A stretch of DNA of 64,000 bases from Actinomycetes bacterium (GTDB lineage Bacteria > Actinomycetota > Acidimicrobiia > Acidimicrobiales > JAMCQF01), in the NCBI GenBank assembly GCA_021851885.1, contig JAJZBS010000002.1, forward strand, positions 3,162 through 67,161, given 5' to 3'. The notes below the pieces were generated by a model. It made no database searches, was not told the origin of the DNA, and saw nothing but the letters and a program-made list of their open reading frames with translations. This document shows positions 25,873 to 35,043 of this stretch, one piece after another. Both the position numbers and the translations under genes were made by a program. Within the stretch, counting starts at the first letter, position 1. Each line of letters opens with the position of its first letter.

Positions 25873-26960
25873 GCGCACGGCGCCGATCCATCAACCTCGG
25901 GTTCGACCGCTTCAGCGGCTTGTACCTGTGGGCGCTGTTCATCCTGGTGTTCAGCATCTGGACACCCAGCCTGTTCTTGACATCGGCCACGCTGCACTCC
26001 GTCGCCTCGCAGGAGGCGATCGCCGCCATGCTGGGGATCGCCGTGCTCATCCCGCTGGTGGCCGGTGCGTACGACCTGTCGGTCGGCTCGGTCATCAACC
26101 TGTCGACCGTCATGGTCGTGATCCTCCAGACGCAGAACCACTGGAACATGTGGATGGCCATGCTCGTCGCCGTCGGCGTGTCGATCGTGGTCGGCGCGTT
26201 CAACGGGTTCGTGGTGGTCAAGCTGCGGGTCAACTCGTTCATTGCGACCCTGGGCATGGCCACCGTCGTCACGGCAGTGCAGGAGATCGTGTCGGGACAG
26301 AACCAGCCGTTGCCGCCGGTGTCGCACGCCTGGAACGCCCTGACGCAGACCAAGGTCCTCGGGTTCCAGATCGTGGTCGTCTACCTCCTCGTGCTGGCCA
26401 TCATCGCCTGGTGGGTACTGGAGCACACGCCTGTCGGCCGGTACCTGTACGCGGTGGGTGGGAATGTCGAGGCGGCTCGCCTGTCAGGTGTGGACGTCGA
26501 CCGGTGGACGTGGCTGTCCATGATCGCCTCCGGCACCATCGCCGGCATCGCCGGCGTGTTCTACGCGTCCCTGACCGGACCCTCGTTGACGTTCGGCGGG
26601 TCACTCCTGCTGCCGGCGTTCGCCGCCGCCTTCCTGGGGTCCACGCAGCTGAAGCCGGGGCGTTTCAACGTCTGGGGCTCCATGATCGCCATCTACGTGC
26701 TGGCCACCGGGGTGAAGGGCCTGCAGCTCATCACCGGCGTCCAGTGGCTGAATGACATGTTCAACGGTGTGGCGCTTGTCGGTGCCGTCGCCTTCGCCGT
26801 CTGGCGTCAGCGCGTGGCCGGCAACAAGTCGGCGTCGGGCGAACGGGTCGAAGCTCCACCGGAGGCCGTCGACCCCGGCGTGACGGGAGCGGCCCCGGTG
26901 CCGGTAGCCGCGCCGTCCGGGCACGGATCGGGTACCGGGTCCGATCCGACCTCGGTCTAG
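25869..26960 (+). CDS. ABC transporter permease (ribose/xylose-type)
   Basis: 363 aa, about 9-10 hydrophobic segments, ATGA overlap with the ATPase gene. Confidence 0.85.
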   Translation: MSARRRSINLGFDRFSGLYLWALFILVFSIWTPSLFLTSATLHSVASQEAIAAMLGIAVLIPLVAGAYDLSVGSVINLSTVMVVILQTQNHWNMWMAMLVAVGVSIVVGAFNGFVVVKLRVNSFIATLGMATVVTAVQEIVSGQNQPLPPVSHAWNALTQTKVLGFQIVVVYLLVLAIIAWWVLEHTPVGRYLYAVGGNVEAARLSGVDVDRWTWLSMIASGTIAGIAGVFYASLTGPSLTFGGSLLLPAFAAAFLGSTQLKPGRFNVWGSMIAIYVLATGVKGLQLITGVQWLNDMFNGVALVGAVAFAVWRQRVAGNKSASGERVEAPPEAVDPGVTGAAPVPVAAPSGHGSGTGSDPTSV

Positions 26961-27169
26961 GCAATCGCCGGCGAGGGGCTTCGGTGCGCACGGTGACGGG
27001 GGGGCTCGGTCCTCCCGCTGGGGCAGCAGTGGCGGGCGGTCCCGGCCCCGGTGCACCAGCGGTGCGGGGTTGCCCGTAGCGCGAGGGTGGCGATCCCGGA
27101 GCTGAACAGGACCAGCGGCTGCGCCGGCTATGCGCCGGAGGTCATGTGGTCGAGTAGGCCTTCCGCCAC

Positions 27170-27950
27170 CTAGGCGGGCAAGCCCTCGATGACGACCGGC
27201 CGGGGCACCTGACCCAGATAGCCGATGGCGGCACGCACGTCGGGGCTCATGTAATAGCCACCCGCCACGACCAGCTCGAGGGCGTCGCATGCTTCGGCGT
27301 CATCATCTGCGAGCTCCTGCAGGCGGGCATCTGCGCCGGTGCCGGCCGCGCCGCCAACGAGGGCACGTCGCAGCGGCTCGGCGAGATCAGGCCGCGCCGC
27401 CAGCACCTGTTCGAGGAGCCCTTTCGCGATCCCGACGGCGCTCGGCGCCGGGCGGTCCTGGCGGGGCGGAAGGAGCGCATCGGCCAGTGCGGCGAGCCGT
27501 CCTCGCTCCTCGACGCCGAAGGTGATCACCGCCGGAGCGGATTCGGCTGCCGGCTCAGGGACCGTGACCGTCTGTTCACAGTCGACGGCAAAGGTGGTGG
27601 TGGGCTCCGGCCTCGGCACCTCCGACCGCTGTTCCACCAGGTGTTCAGCTGCCCGCAATGCCAGGGCGGCGATGGTGCTGGTGGGGTTCACGCCGGCGTT
27701 GGTGACGAACACGCTCCCATCCACGATGGCCAGGTTCGGGATGTCGTGGGATATGCAGAAGCGGTCGACGACGGAGCGGGTCGTCGCCCATGCGGGCCGT
27801 GCCGTAGAGGTGCATTGACACCGGAGCCAGCGGCGTGGACTCCACTCTGGTGGCTCCGGCTTCGTTCAGGGACCGGGTGGCCTGCTCGACGTGCCAGGCC
27901 AGCATGGCCCGCGTGCTGCGCGCCCGGGCGCGACCATGCCGAGGGCCATA
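27170..27950 (-). pseudogene. GMC-family oxidoreductase 3' remnant (5'-truncated, frameshifted) with C-terminal extension
   Basis: ...AMLAWHVEQATRSLNEAGATRVESTPLAPVSMHLYGTARMGDDP reads in one frame. After a 1-nt shift near 27770 it continues as SVVDRFCISHDIPNLAIVDGSVFVTNAGVNPTSTIAALALRAAEHL. Only about the last 110-130 aa of a normally ~550-aa enzyme remain. The reading frame runs into site O6. Confidence 0.65.
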
Positions 27951-27959
27951 GCATCGAAA

Positions 27960-27974
27960 TAACGTTGGACGTAA
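27960..27974. promoter_or_regulatory. Dyad operator site O6
   Basis: TAACGTTGGACGTAA with a perfect core. The right arm fuses to TAAGAT (27972-27977). Confidence 0.6.
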
Positions 27975-28126
27975 GATGTGAGTGCGGGTGGGCGCCAGCC
28001 GGCACGGTGCCGGGGCGTGCCACATGGAAAGGACCGGCCAGCGGACCGCTCGCAAGCGTTGGGCCCTCGTGCGTCGGGGGCGGTCGGTCGGGGGAATGCA
28101 TACGCAAGTGGGGGAAAGGAGGGACC

Positions 28127-28465
28127 GTGGAACGCCAGCATGTGTTTCCGGCGGAGATGATCGGTGAGCAGCGGACAGCGCGGGTCATCGACGCCTTGGT
28201 GGCCGTGCTCCGCGGTGGAAACGCCGGTACCGACGAGGAACGGGCGTTGGCGGCGGCCGACGCCGTCGTCGCCTCGCTGTCGACCGACGGCAATCCGCGG
28301 GTACGGGCGCAAGTCCGCGGACTGGCACAGGCCCTGGAGCAGCTGCGTTCGGGGAACCGAGAATTGGCACTGGAGCTGCTCGAAGGCGAGTTGACCCGCT
28401 CGTTCCTCGGTCGCGGCGACCTGTCTGCGGGCATGAGGTACCTCGAAGACGAGGAACCTGAGTAG
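28127..28465 (+). CDS. Hypothetical small helical protein (112 aa)
   Basis: GTG 28127 is preceded by GGGGAAAGGAGGGA. The sequence is Ala/Leu/Glu-rich, helix-like, with an acidic tail (YLEDEEPE). It is the first gene after O6, and I recognised no family. Confidence 0.5.
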   Translation: MERQHVFPAEMIGEQRTARVIDALVAVLRGGNAGTDEERALAAADAVVASLSTDGNPRVRAQVRGLAQALEQLRSGNRELALELLEGELTRSFLGRGDLSAGMRYLEDEEPE

Positions 28466-28599
28466 GCGCGCGTCCGGCGACGTCGGCGGGTGGAGCGTGC
28501 CGAGACCCGCGGTCGGTGTGTTCGAAGGAGACCGTGGTCGCAAGCGGGTCGGGTCGTGACAACGAGCCGTGTCGTAACAACAAGAAGGCGAGGAACAGC

Positions 28600-29655
28600 G
28601 TGCGTGCACTTCGGCTGATGGAGTGGAAGTCGGACCCGGTGCTGGTTGAGGTGGACGAGCCGGAGCCCGGCCCCGGCCAGGTCGTAGTCCGGATCGGCGG
28701 AGCGGGGGCATGCCACTCCGACCTCCACCTGATGCACGACCTCGAACCGGGGATGCTCCCGTGGGAGCCGCCGTTCACGCTCGGCCACGAGAACGCTGGC
28801 TGGGTCCATGCGCTCGGCGCCGGAGTGACCGGCCTCGAGGTGGGTCAGCCGGTGGCCGTCTATGGGCCGTGGGGATGCGGTGCGTGTATCCGTTGCCGGC
28901 TGGGGATGGAGAACTACTGCCTGGACCCTGCCAGCGCTCCGGTCCCCAGCGGCGGAGGCGGTCTCGGACTTGACGGCGGCATGGCAGAACTGATGCTGGT
29001 CCCGGACGAGCGCCATCTGGTTCCCCTGCCTGACGGCCTCGAGCCGTTGACGGCTGCGCCACTCACCGACGCCGGCCTCACTCCCTACCACGCCGTCCGC
29101 CGCTCGCTTTCCAAGTTGACCCCGGGAACGACGGCGGTGGTGATCGGTGTGGGTGGGCTCGGGCACCTCGGAGTGCAGATCCTGAGCGCGACCTGTGCAG
29201 CACGCGTCATCGCGGTGGACAAGAAGGCCGAGGCGCTCGCCCTGGCGGAGGAGGGTGGCGCCGCGCTGGCGATCCCACAGGGTGACGCTGCCGCAGCGGA
29301 GATCATGGACGCCACGGGTGGCCGTGGCGCCGACGTGGTGCTCGACTTCGTCGGCACCGACGACACCCTTGCGCTCGGAGCAGCCGTCTCACAGCCTCTG
29401 ACCGACCTGACCATCGTGGGCGCGGCGGGGGGGACGTTGGGAGTGTCTATGTACTCGGTGCCCTACGAGGTGTCGGTGCAGTCCATGTACTGGGGAAGCT
29501 GGGGCGAATTGGTAGAGGTCCTCGACTTGGCTGCGCGGGGTCTCCTGCGACCCACGATCACCACCGTGCCGCTCGACCAGGCGGCCGACGCGTACCAGCG
29601 TATGGCGTCGGGAACGTCCCTGGGCCGCCAGGTGGTCGTGCCGAACGCGTCGTGA
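28600..29655 (+). CDS. Zn-dependent alcohol dehydrogenase (MDR family)
   Basis: GAGACHSDLHL and GHENAG zinc/catalytic motifs, a structural-zinc Cys cluster (WGCGACIRCRLGMENYC), and VIGVGGLGH. Confidence 0.9.
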   Translation: MRALRLMEWKSDPVLVEVDEPEPGPGQVVVRIGGAGACHSDLHLMHDLEPGMLPWEPPFTLGHENAGWVHALGAGVTGLEVGQPVAVYGPWGCGACIRCRLGMENYCLDPASAPVPSGGGGLGLDGGMAELMLVPDERHLVPLPDGLEPLTAAPLTDAGLTPYHAVRRSLSKLTPGTTAVVIGVGGLGHLGVQILSATCAARVIAVDKKAEALALAEEGGAALAIPQGDAAAAEIMDATGGRGADVVLDFVGTDDTLALGAAVSQPLTDLTIVGAAGGTLGVSMYSVPYEVSVQSMYWGSWGELVEVLDLAARGLLRPTITTVPLDQAADAYQRMASGTSLGRQVVVPNAS

Positions 29656-29756
29656 GCCCGAGGGGCTGCCGACAGCACACATCGGGGTGGACCGACCGCC
29701 GCCGAAGGAGGACATGAGCGACACAACGCGATCTGGAGGACGCGGCCAGCCTGGGG

Positions 29757-30551
29757 GTGGCGACGATCGCACAGGTGACGGCGGGCGTGCCGAACGTGTT
29801 CGAGAAGATGAAGTTCGGCTCGTCCCAGCACGACGAGGTCGCGGTCGGGTGGCCGGGCACCTCGAACACGGTCGCTGTCGGCGGCATCGACCGCGCCGGG
29901 CAACCGTTCGCCGCGTGGGACCAGGGGATCCCGAACGGGACCGGAATGAGGGCCCGCTGGGGCTGCGACGGCATCGACGCCTCCAGATTCATCTTGTGTG
30001 CCATCGGCGAGTTCCTCGACTCCGAGGGTGTGGAGCACAACTACCCGATCCTGCCGGTGTTCCGTGCCCTGTACTGGTCCGACGCCGCCGGGTTCGGAAC
30101 GTTCCGCGGTGGGCGGTCGATGAACGCCATGTGCCGGATCCACGGTGTGCCGGAGGTAACAGCTGCCTCGATCGGTGGGTGCTGGGACCGGCCGAATGCG
30201 CCGGGCCTCTTCGGCGGGTACCCCAACCGGCCGGTCGGCGTCGCCTTCGTCCAGGAGCACAACGTCGACGAGCTCATCGCCGAGGGGCGGGCCCCCACCA
30301 GCGTCTACGAGGCGACCGCGCTTGCCCGCAAGGAAGAGCGCGTGCGGCGCATGGCGCGGGGTGTTCCCTACGGCCGGTGGCTGTCGGGTTGGCTCGAACG
30401 GCGCCCGCCCGATTCGGTGCGGGGGATGTACGGCGAGTGGCCACACCGACTCACGGCCCCGCTGACCGACTGGGAGCCGCGGGAGCGGTTGCTCGACCCG
30501 GAAGTGAGCAAGGCCCGCGACGTTCCCATGGCCGAGGTCTCCCGCTACTGA
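29757..30551 (+). CDS. Hydantoinase B/oxoprolinase-family C-terminal fragment (probably a truncated gene)
   Basis: 264-aa ORF with a GTG start. SEGVEHNYPILPVFRALYWSDAAGFGTFRGGRSM resembles the conserved HyuB core, but full-length members are 500+ aa. An SD plus ATG at 29713 opens a different frame (MSDTTRSGG...). Confidence 0.4.
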   Translation: MATIAQVTAGVPNVFEKMKFGSSQHDEVAVGWPGTSNTVAVGGIDRAGQPFAAWDQGIPNGTGMRARWGCDGIDASRFILCAIGEFLDSEGVEHNYPILPVFRALYWSDAAGFGTFRGGRSMNAMCRIHGVPEVTAASIGGCWDRPNAPGLFGGYPNRPVGVAFVQEHNVDELIAEGRAPTSVYEATALARKEERVRRMARGVPYGRWLSGWLERRPPDSVRGMYGEWPHRLTAPLTDWEPRERLLDPEVSKARDVPMAEVSRY

Positions 30552-30606
30552 CGGGCGTCGTGATGGCGTCGCCACGCACCGACGGCTCGGCAACCTGAAA
30601 CACATT

Positions 30607-30621
30607 TCACGTTGGACGTAA
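30607..30621. promoter_or_regulatory. Dyad operator site O7
   Basis: TCACGTTGGACGTAA with a perfect core. TTGGAC (30612) is followed after 18 nt by TATAGT (30636). Confidence 0.6.
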
Positions 30622-30735
30622 GACCAGCGAGGTTATATAGTGATCCTCGATGATCCACGGGGGAGGCCGACGTCCCTGCCGAAGGGCAATCGATGGATGC
30701 GGCGTGGACGCGCGGCGTGACGCAGGGGCGCGGTC

Positions 30736-31530
30736 GTGACTTCGGTTCTCGACGTCGATGGTTGCTCGATCGCCTACGACCAGCGCGGTAGCGGCGACCT
30801 CGTCCTGCTCATCCACGGCGCCAGCGGCGACGCGGCGAACTACTGGGGGAAGCTGCGGGTGTCCCTCGCGTCCGAGTGGCAGGTGGTCACCTACGACCAG
30901 CGGGGCTTCGGGCGTTCCCAGTGCGAGGTCCGGCGCATCGACGTGGGCCAGCTGGCTGGTGACGCCGCACACCTGCTGGAGCACGTCGGCGGTGGGCCGG
31001 CCGCCGTGGTCGGGCTGAGCCTGGGCGGCATGGTCGCGCAGCAGCTTGCCGCCGACAGACCGGACCTGGTACGCAGCCTTGTGCTGGCAGGCACCGGACC
31101 GCGGATCGGACCGCGCCTGGCACTCCTCGGCAGCGTGCTCGGCCGGGTCGCCGCCAGCGGGGACCAGGAACTGCTCTTCGACCTCAATCTCCTGCTCCTG
31201 CACGCGGAGCACTTCATCGATCGGCAGGCCGACCTGCTCCCGACTCTGCGCCAGCACTTTGCCGCGACCGCTGCGACCGCCATGCGGGATGGGCTACAGG
31301 AGCAAGTGGTGTGGCCCGGTGTCCTAGCGGGTTCGATCCGCTGCCCGACCCTGGTGGTGCACGGCGAGGAAGACGCGGAGATGCCCATCGGCTACGCGCG
31401 CCAGCTCGTCGAGCAGATCCCCGGTGCCGAGCTCGAGGTCCTGCGGGACGCTGGTCACAAGTGCAGCGATGACCAGCCCGACCGGTTCGCCGATTTGGTG
31501 GCCGATTTCCTCCGGCGGCAACGGTCGTGA
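30736..31530 (+). CDS. Alpha/beta hydrolase (enol-lactonase/haloperoxidase-like)
   Basis: LVLLIHGASGD, nucleophile elbow GLSLGG, and C-terminal DAGHK. GTG start. Confidence 0.8.
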   Translation: MTSVLDVDGCSIAYDQRGSGDLVLLIHGASGDAANYWGKLRVSLASEWQVVTYDQRGFGRSQCEVRRIDVGQLAGDAAHLLEHVGGGPAAVVGLSLGGMVAQQLAADRPDLVRSLVLAGTGPRIGPRLALLGSVLGRVAASGDQELLFDLNLLLLHAEHFIDRQADLLPTLRQHFAATAATAMRDGLQEQVVWPGVLAGSIRCPTLVVHGEEDAEMPIGYARQLVEQIPGAELEVLRDAGHKCSDDQPDRFADLVADFLRRQRS

Positions 31531-31555
31531 CCGCAGCCCATCCGGCAGTTGCGGT

Positions 31556-31581
31556 GGGTGACCACCGTGGCTCGGTCACCC
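31556..31581 (+). terminator. Possible hairpin terminator/attenuator
   Basis: GGGTGACC (31556-63) pairs with GGTCACCC (31574-81), with a 10-nt loop and no U-tract. It lies between the hydrolase stop and the SDR start. Confidence 0.3.
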
Positions 31582-31618
31582 AGCTGGAAGGTCTCATGAA
31601 GTTCCACGAGACAGGACA

Positions 31619-32449
31619 ATGACGAAAGGAGCGATGATGCGCTTTGAAGGCAAGGTGGCGCTCGTCACAGGGTCAGGTTCAGGCATCGGTGAAGCGACCG
31701 CCCGCGCGCTTGCAGAAGGCGGCGCGTCGGTGGCGGTGCTCGACGTCAACGAGGAGCAGGCGAAGCTGGTGGCCGGGACCCTCCCGGGTTCGGCGCGTCC
31801 CGTCGTGGCCAGCGTGGCCGACAGCGCGGCTGTGGACCGAGCCTTCGCCGAAGTGGAGGCGGAGATGGGGCCGATCGACATCCTGGTGAACAACGCCGGG
31901 ATCCCGGGGCGTGCGCTGACCGAGCGAATCACGCCGGCGATCGAGGCGCAGATGGCCGAGGCCGCTACAGGCCGCATCACGACCGCGCTCGAGTCCACGG
32001 TGAGCATCACCGATGACGAGTGGGCAGACATGCTCCAGGTCCACCTGTTCGGAACCTTCTACTGCACCAGGGCGGCCCTGCGCTCCATGGCGCCGCGGGG
32101 GAGTGGCGCCATCGTCAACATCGCGTCGATCTGCGGCGTGGAGGGATGCGCCGGTCACCCGCACTACTCGGCGGCCAAGGGTGGCATCCTGAGCTTCACC
32201 AGGGCGGTGGCGAAGGAAGTGATCCTTCAGGGCATCAGGGTCAACGCGGTCGCCGCCGGCTACGTCGACACTCCCATGGCCGAGACGATGAGCGCGGCGA
32301 TGCGAGCCGCCCTGGAGGTACAGACGCCGATCGGGCGCATGGCCCGACCGCAGGAGATCGCCGCAACGGCCGCCTTCCTGGCCAGCGACGATGCAAGCTT
32401 CTTCGTCGGTGCAACCGTCACGCCAAGCGGCGGGCTGGTCACCGTCTAG
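31619..32449 (+). CDS. SDR family oxidoreductase (FabG-like)
   Basis: GKVALVTGSGSGIGEA, NNAG and YSAAKGG motifs. The true start is probably ATG 31634/31637, after AAAGGAG. Confidence 0.88.
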   Translation: MTKGAMMRFEGKVALVTGSGSGIGEATARALAEGGASVAVLDVNEEQAKLVAGTLPGSARPVVASVADSAAVDRAFAEVEAEMGPIDILVNNAGIPGRALTERITPAIEAQMAEAATGRITTALESTVSITDDEWADMLQVHLFGTFYCTRAALRSMAPRGSGAIVNIASICGVEGCAGHPHYSAAKGGILSFTRAVAKEVILQGIRVNAVAAGYVDTPMAETMSAAMRAALEVQTPIGRMARPQEIAATAAFLASDDASFFVGATVTPSGGLVTV

Positions 32450-33052
32450 GCGCCCCCTCCGCCACGGGATCGAGCGACACATGGAGCCACACCACATCGC
32501 CCCCGGGAGACGTCATGGACTGCCGTCCTCAGCGGCGGGTGCAGCCGACGTTCGTCGGATCGGCCATGCCGACCCGGTCGTCAGGCAATGGGTTCCCGCT
32601 CCCAGCCGTGATCCTCGGTCACGACCCGCGCTCCACGGCAGCCTCCTGTCACGATTGACGGCGGGAGGACAGCGCGTGAGCGACTCCGTACCCGCGGTCC
32701 TGACAGGTGCCCCCGGGACCGCCTGTCCGGGACCCAAGCGATCGCCGTCGACGTAGGTTCGACTGGGTCGCCAGTTCGACGAGCCCCGTGCCCGGCTAGC
32801 AACCTCCCCCCCGCTTCTGGGCACGGGGCCGTCACCCCCTAATTGTTGCAGGCGTTTCCTGCGAGGTGGTGGCACGCGCGGGCGCGGTACGTGGCTGGAG
32901 CTGTACAGCGTCGCCTGGTCGCGTTAGGTGCCGGTGGTCGGTGCCGTTCAGCGCCTGGTGCCGGCCTTCCAGGTGAAGCCCCGAGGACCCGGCCGGTGGT
33001 CGCACCCGTGCGCCCGGTGCGCCGCGTGGAGCGGCACCGCTGGCGTCGTGGA

Positions 33053-33862
33053 TCAGCTCTCGTGGTACTGGCGGTGCGCCCTCGACTGGAGCACCTCGTT
33101 GGCCCCGTCCACGACGAGTACGCTGCCGTTCACATACCAGGCCTCGTCCGAGATGAGGTAGGTGGCGGCCCCGGCGAGGTCGTCGGGAAGCGGGGTCCGC
33201 CCGGAGGGGGAGCGCCGCGCCATGTCGGCCGCCACCTCGTCGACCGCCGCTGAGTTTCCGATGACGGCCAGCGCGGTGAGGGGGGAGGCGACAGCGCCGG
33301 GAGCGAGGCAATTGGCGCGCACGCCGACGTAACGGAGCTCGGTTGCCACCGACTTCGTGAGCCCGACAACGCCGTGCTTTGCCGCCGTGTAGGCATGGGG
33401 GCCGAGGCCGCCCTGCACACCGGCCGTGCTGGCCACGTTGAGGATGGCGCCGGAGCGCTGGGGGATCATGACCCGTGCCGCATGCTTGGTGCCGAAGAAC
33501 ACACCGGTGAGCATCACCGCCACGGTCCTGTCCCATTCCGCTGTGGAGGTCGAAGCGATGGGGCCGAGGGCGCCGAGCAGGCCGGCGTTGTTGACCATGG
33601 CGTCGAGCGCCCCGAACCGCTCGCAGGCGCTGTCGATCGCCCCGGCAACCTGCTCCTCGTTGGTGACATCCACGTACACGAAGGTCGCGGCCTCGCCGAG
33701 CGACTCGGCCAGCGCCCGGCCAAGGTCTTCCTGGACGTCGGCCAGGACGCAGGCGGCCCCCTCTTCGACGAACCGGCGGGCGAAGGCGGCCCCGATGCCG
33801 CTGGCGGCGCCGGTCACGATCACCGTCTTTCCGGCCAACCGTCCTGAACTCGTTGTCGTCAT
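33053..33862 (-). CDS. SDR family oxidoreductase
   Basis: GKTVIVTGAASGIGAA, NNAG and YTAAKHG motifs. GGGAGG lies 5 nt before the ATG. Confidence 0.88.
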   Translation of the reverse strand: MTTTSSGRLAGKTVIVTGAASGIGAAFARRFVEEGAACVLADVQEDLGRALAESLGEAATFVYVDVTNEEQVAGAIDSACERFGALDAMVNNAGLLGALGPIASTSTAEWDRTVAVMLTGVFFGTKHAARVMIPQRSGAILNVASTAGVQGGLGPHAYTAAKHGVVGLTKSVATELRYVGVRANCLAPGAVASPLTALAVIGNSAAVDEVAADMARRSPSGRTPLPDDLAGAATYLISDEAWYVNGSVLVVDGANEVLQSRAHRQYHES

Positions 33863-33905
33863 CCCAACCTCCCGGAGGTCCGAGTCGCTTCACGCTTGCG
33901 AATGC

Positions 33906-33920
33906 TTACGTTAGACGTAA
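33906..33920. promoter_or_regulatory. Dyad operator site O8 (best palindrome)
   Basis: CTTACGTTAGACGTAAG has perfect 7+7 arms (33905-33921). TAAGAT faces the plus operon and TAAGCA is on the other strand. The region is divergent. Confidence 0.65.
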
Positions 33921-34029
33921 GATATGGACCGATGCACACGGCGGTTCCGGTCGGCGCCGCGACCGGCGTTCCCGGGCGTGGCGGGGCGGCAGGCTGCGAG
34001 TGACCACGAGCGATTAGAGAGGCCGAGGG

Positions 34030-35043
34030 ATGGGAGAAGCAGCAGCTGGAGCGGTGATCGATCCGCAGGACGAGTTCATGCACGAACCGACCGACGATCC
34101 CCAATTCAACGAGTCGATGTACTTCAACTTCGTCGACGGTGGCAGCGGGTTCGCCACACTGGTGCGGATCGGCAACCGTGTCAACGAGGGACACGCCGAG
34201 GTGACCGCGCTCGTGTACCAGCCCGGCGGCGGGGCTGTCATCCACTTCGACCGCAGCCCGATCACCGACAACAATGCCTTCGACACGGATGGCCTTCGCG
34301 TCGACGTCCGCAAGCCGTTGGAGCACCTGCAGCTCACCTACAACGGGAAGGGGCACCAGCTCGAACGGGGCACGGACCTCGCCGACCCGAAGGCTGCACT
34401 GAGTGCCGCCCCCGAGGTCCCGCTCGAGCTCGACCTCGCCTACGAGTCGCTGATCGACCTCTATGGCCTCAGCTCGGGCGACGGCGCCGGCGGCGGGATC
34501 GAGGGCGGCGAGAGCACCATCGCCACCGGTCACTACCAGGGGCCGTGCCGGGTCCACGGCACGATCACGGTGGGCGACGAGCGTCACGCCGTGTCCGGGC
34601 TCGGCTTCCGTGACCACTCGTGGGGGCCGAGGCGCTGGCAGGGCCCGACGTACTGGCGCTGGATCTCGTGCATGTGCGACGAAGCCAACGGTTTCGTGGT
34701 CTGGGTGAGCCGGATCGGGGACACGGTGCCCAAGCCGCATGGCATGGTCCTCCTCGACGGTGCGTTCAGGCGGATCGACGATGCGAACGTGACGAGCACC
34801 TACGGGCCGGCGCCTTACTACCCCGAGACCATGCGGATGCACATGGAGACGCAAGCTGGACCCGTCGACGCCACTGGCGAGGTGTTCGCCATGGTCCCGT
34901 TGCGTCATCGACGCGAGGGGCAGGTGGCGCGCCTGGGCGAGGCGCTGGTCCGGTACGAGCTCGAAGGGCGTGAGGGCTTCGGGATCGCCGAGTACCACGA
35001 CCTCATGATCGATGGGGTCCCCGCAGGGATGTCCGAGGCGTGA
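34030..35043 (+). CDS. Hypothetical protein (conserved-looking, beta-rich; RDHSWGPRRW motif)
   Basis: 337 aa with good coding composition. I am not confident of any family assignment. Confidence 0.55.
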   Translation: MGEAAAGAVIDPQDEFMHEPTDDPQFNESMYFNFVDGGSGFATLVRIGNRVNEGHAEVTALVYQPGGGAVIHFDRSPITDNNAFDTDGLRVDVRKPLEHLQLTYNGKGHQLERGTDLADPKAALSAAPEVPLELDLAYESLIDLYGLSSGDGAGGGIEGGESTIATGHYQGPCRVHGTITVGDERHAVSGLGFRDHSWGPRRWQGPTYWRWISCMCDEANGFVVWVSRIGDTVPKPHGMVLLDGAFRRIDDANVTSTYGPAPYYPETMRMHMETQAGPVDATGEVFAMVPLRHRREGQVARLGEALVRYELEGREGFGIAEYHDLMIDGVPAGMSEA

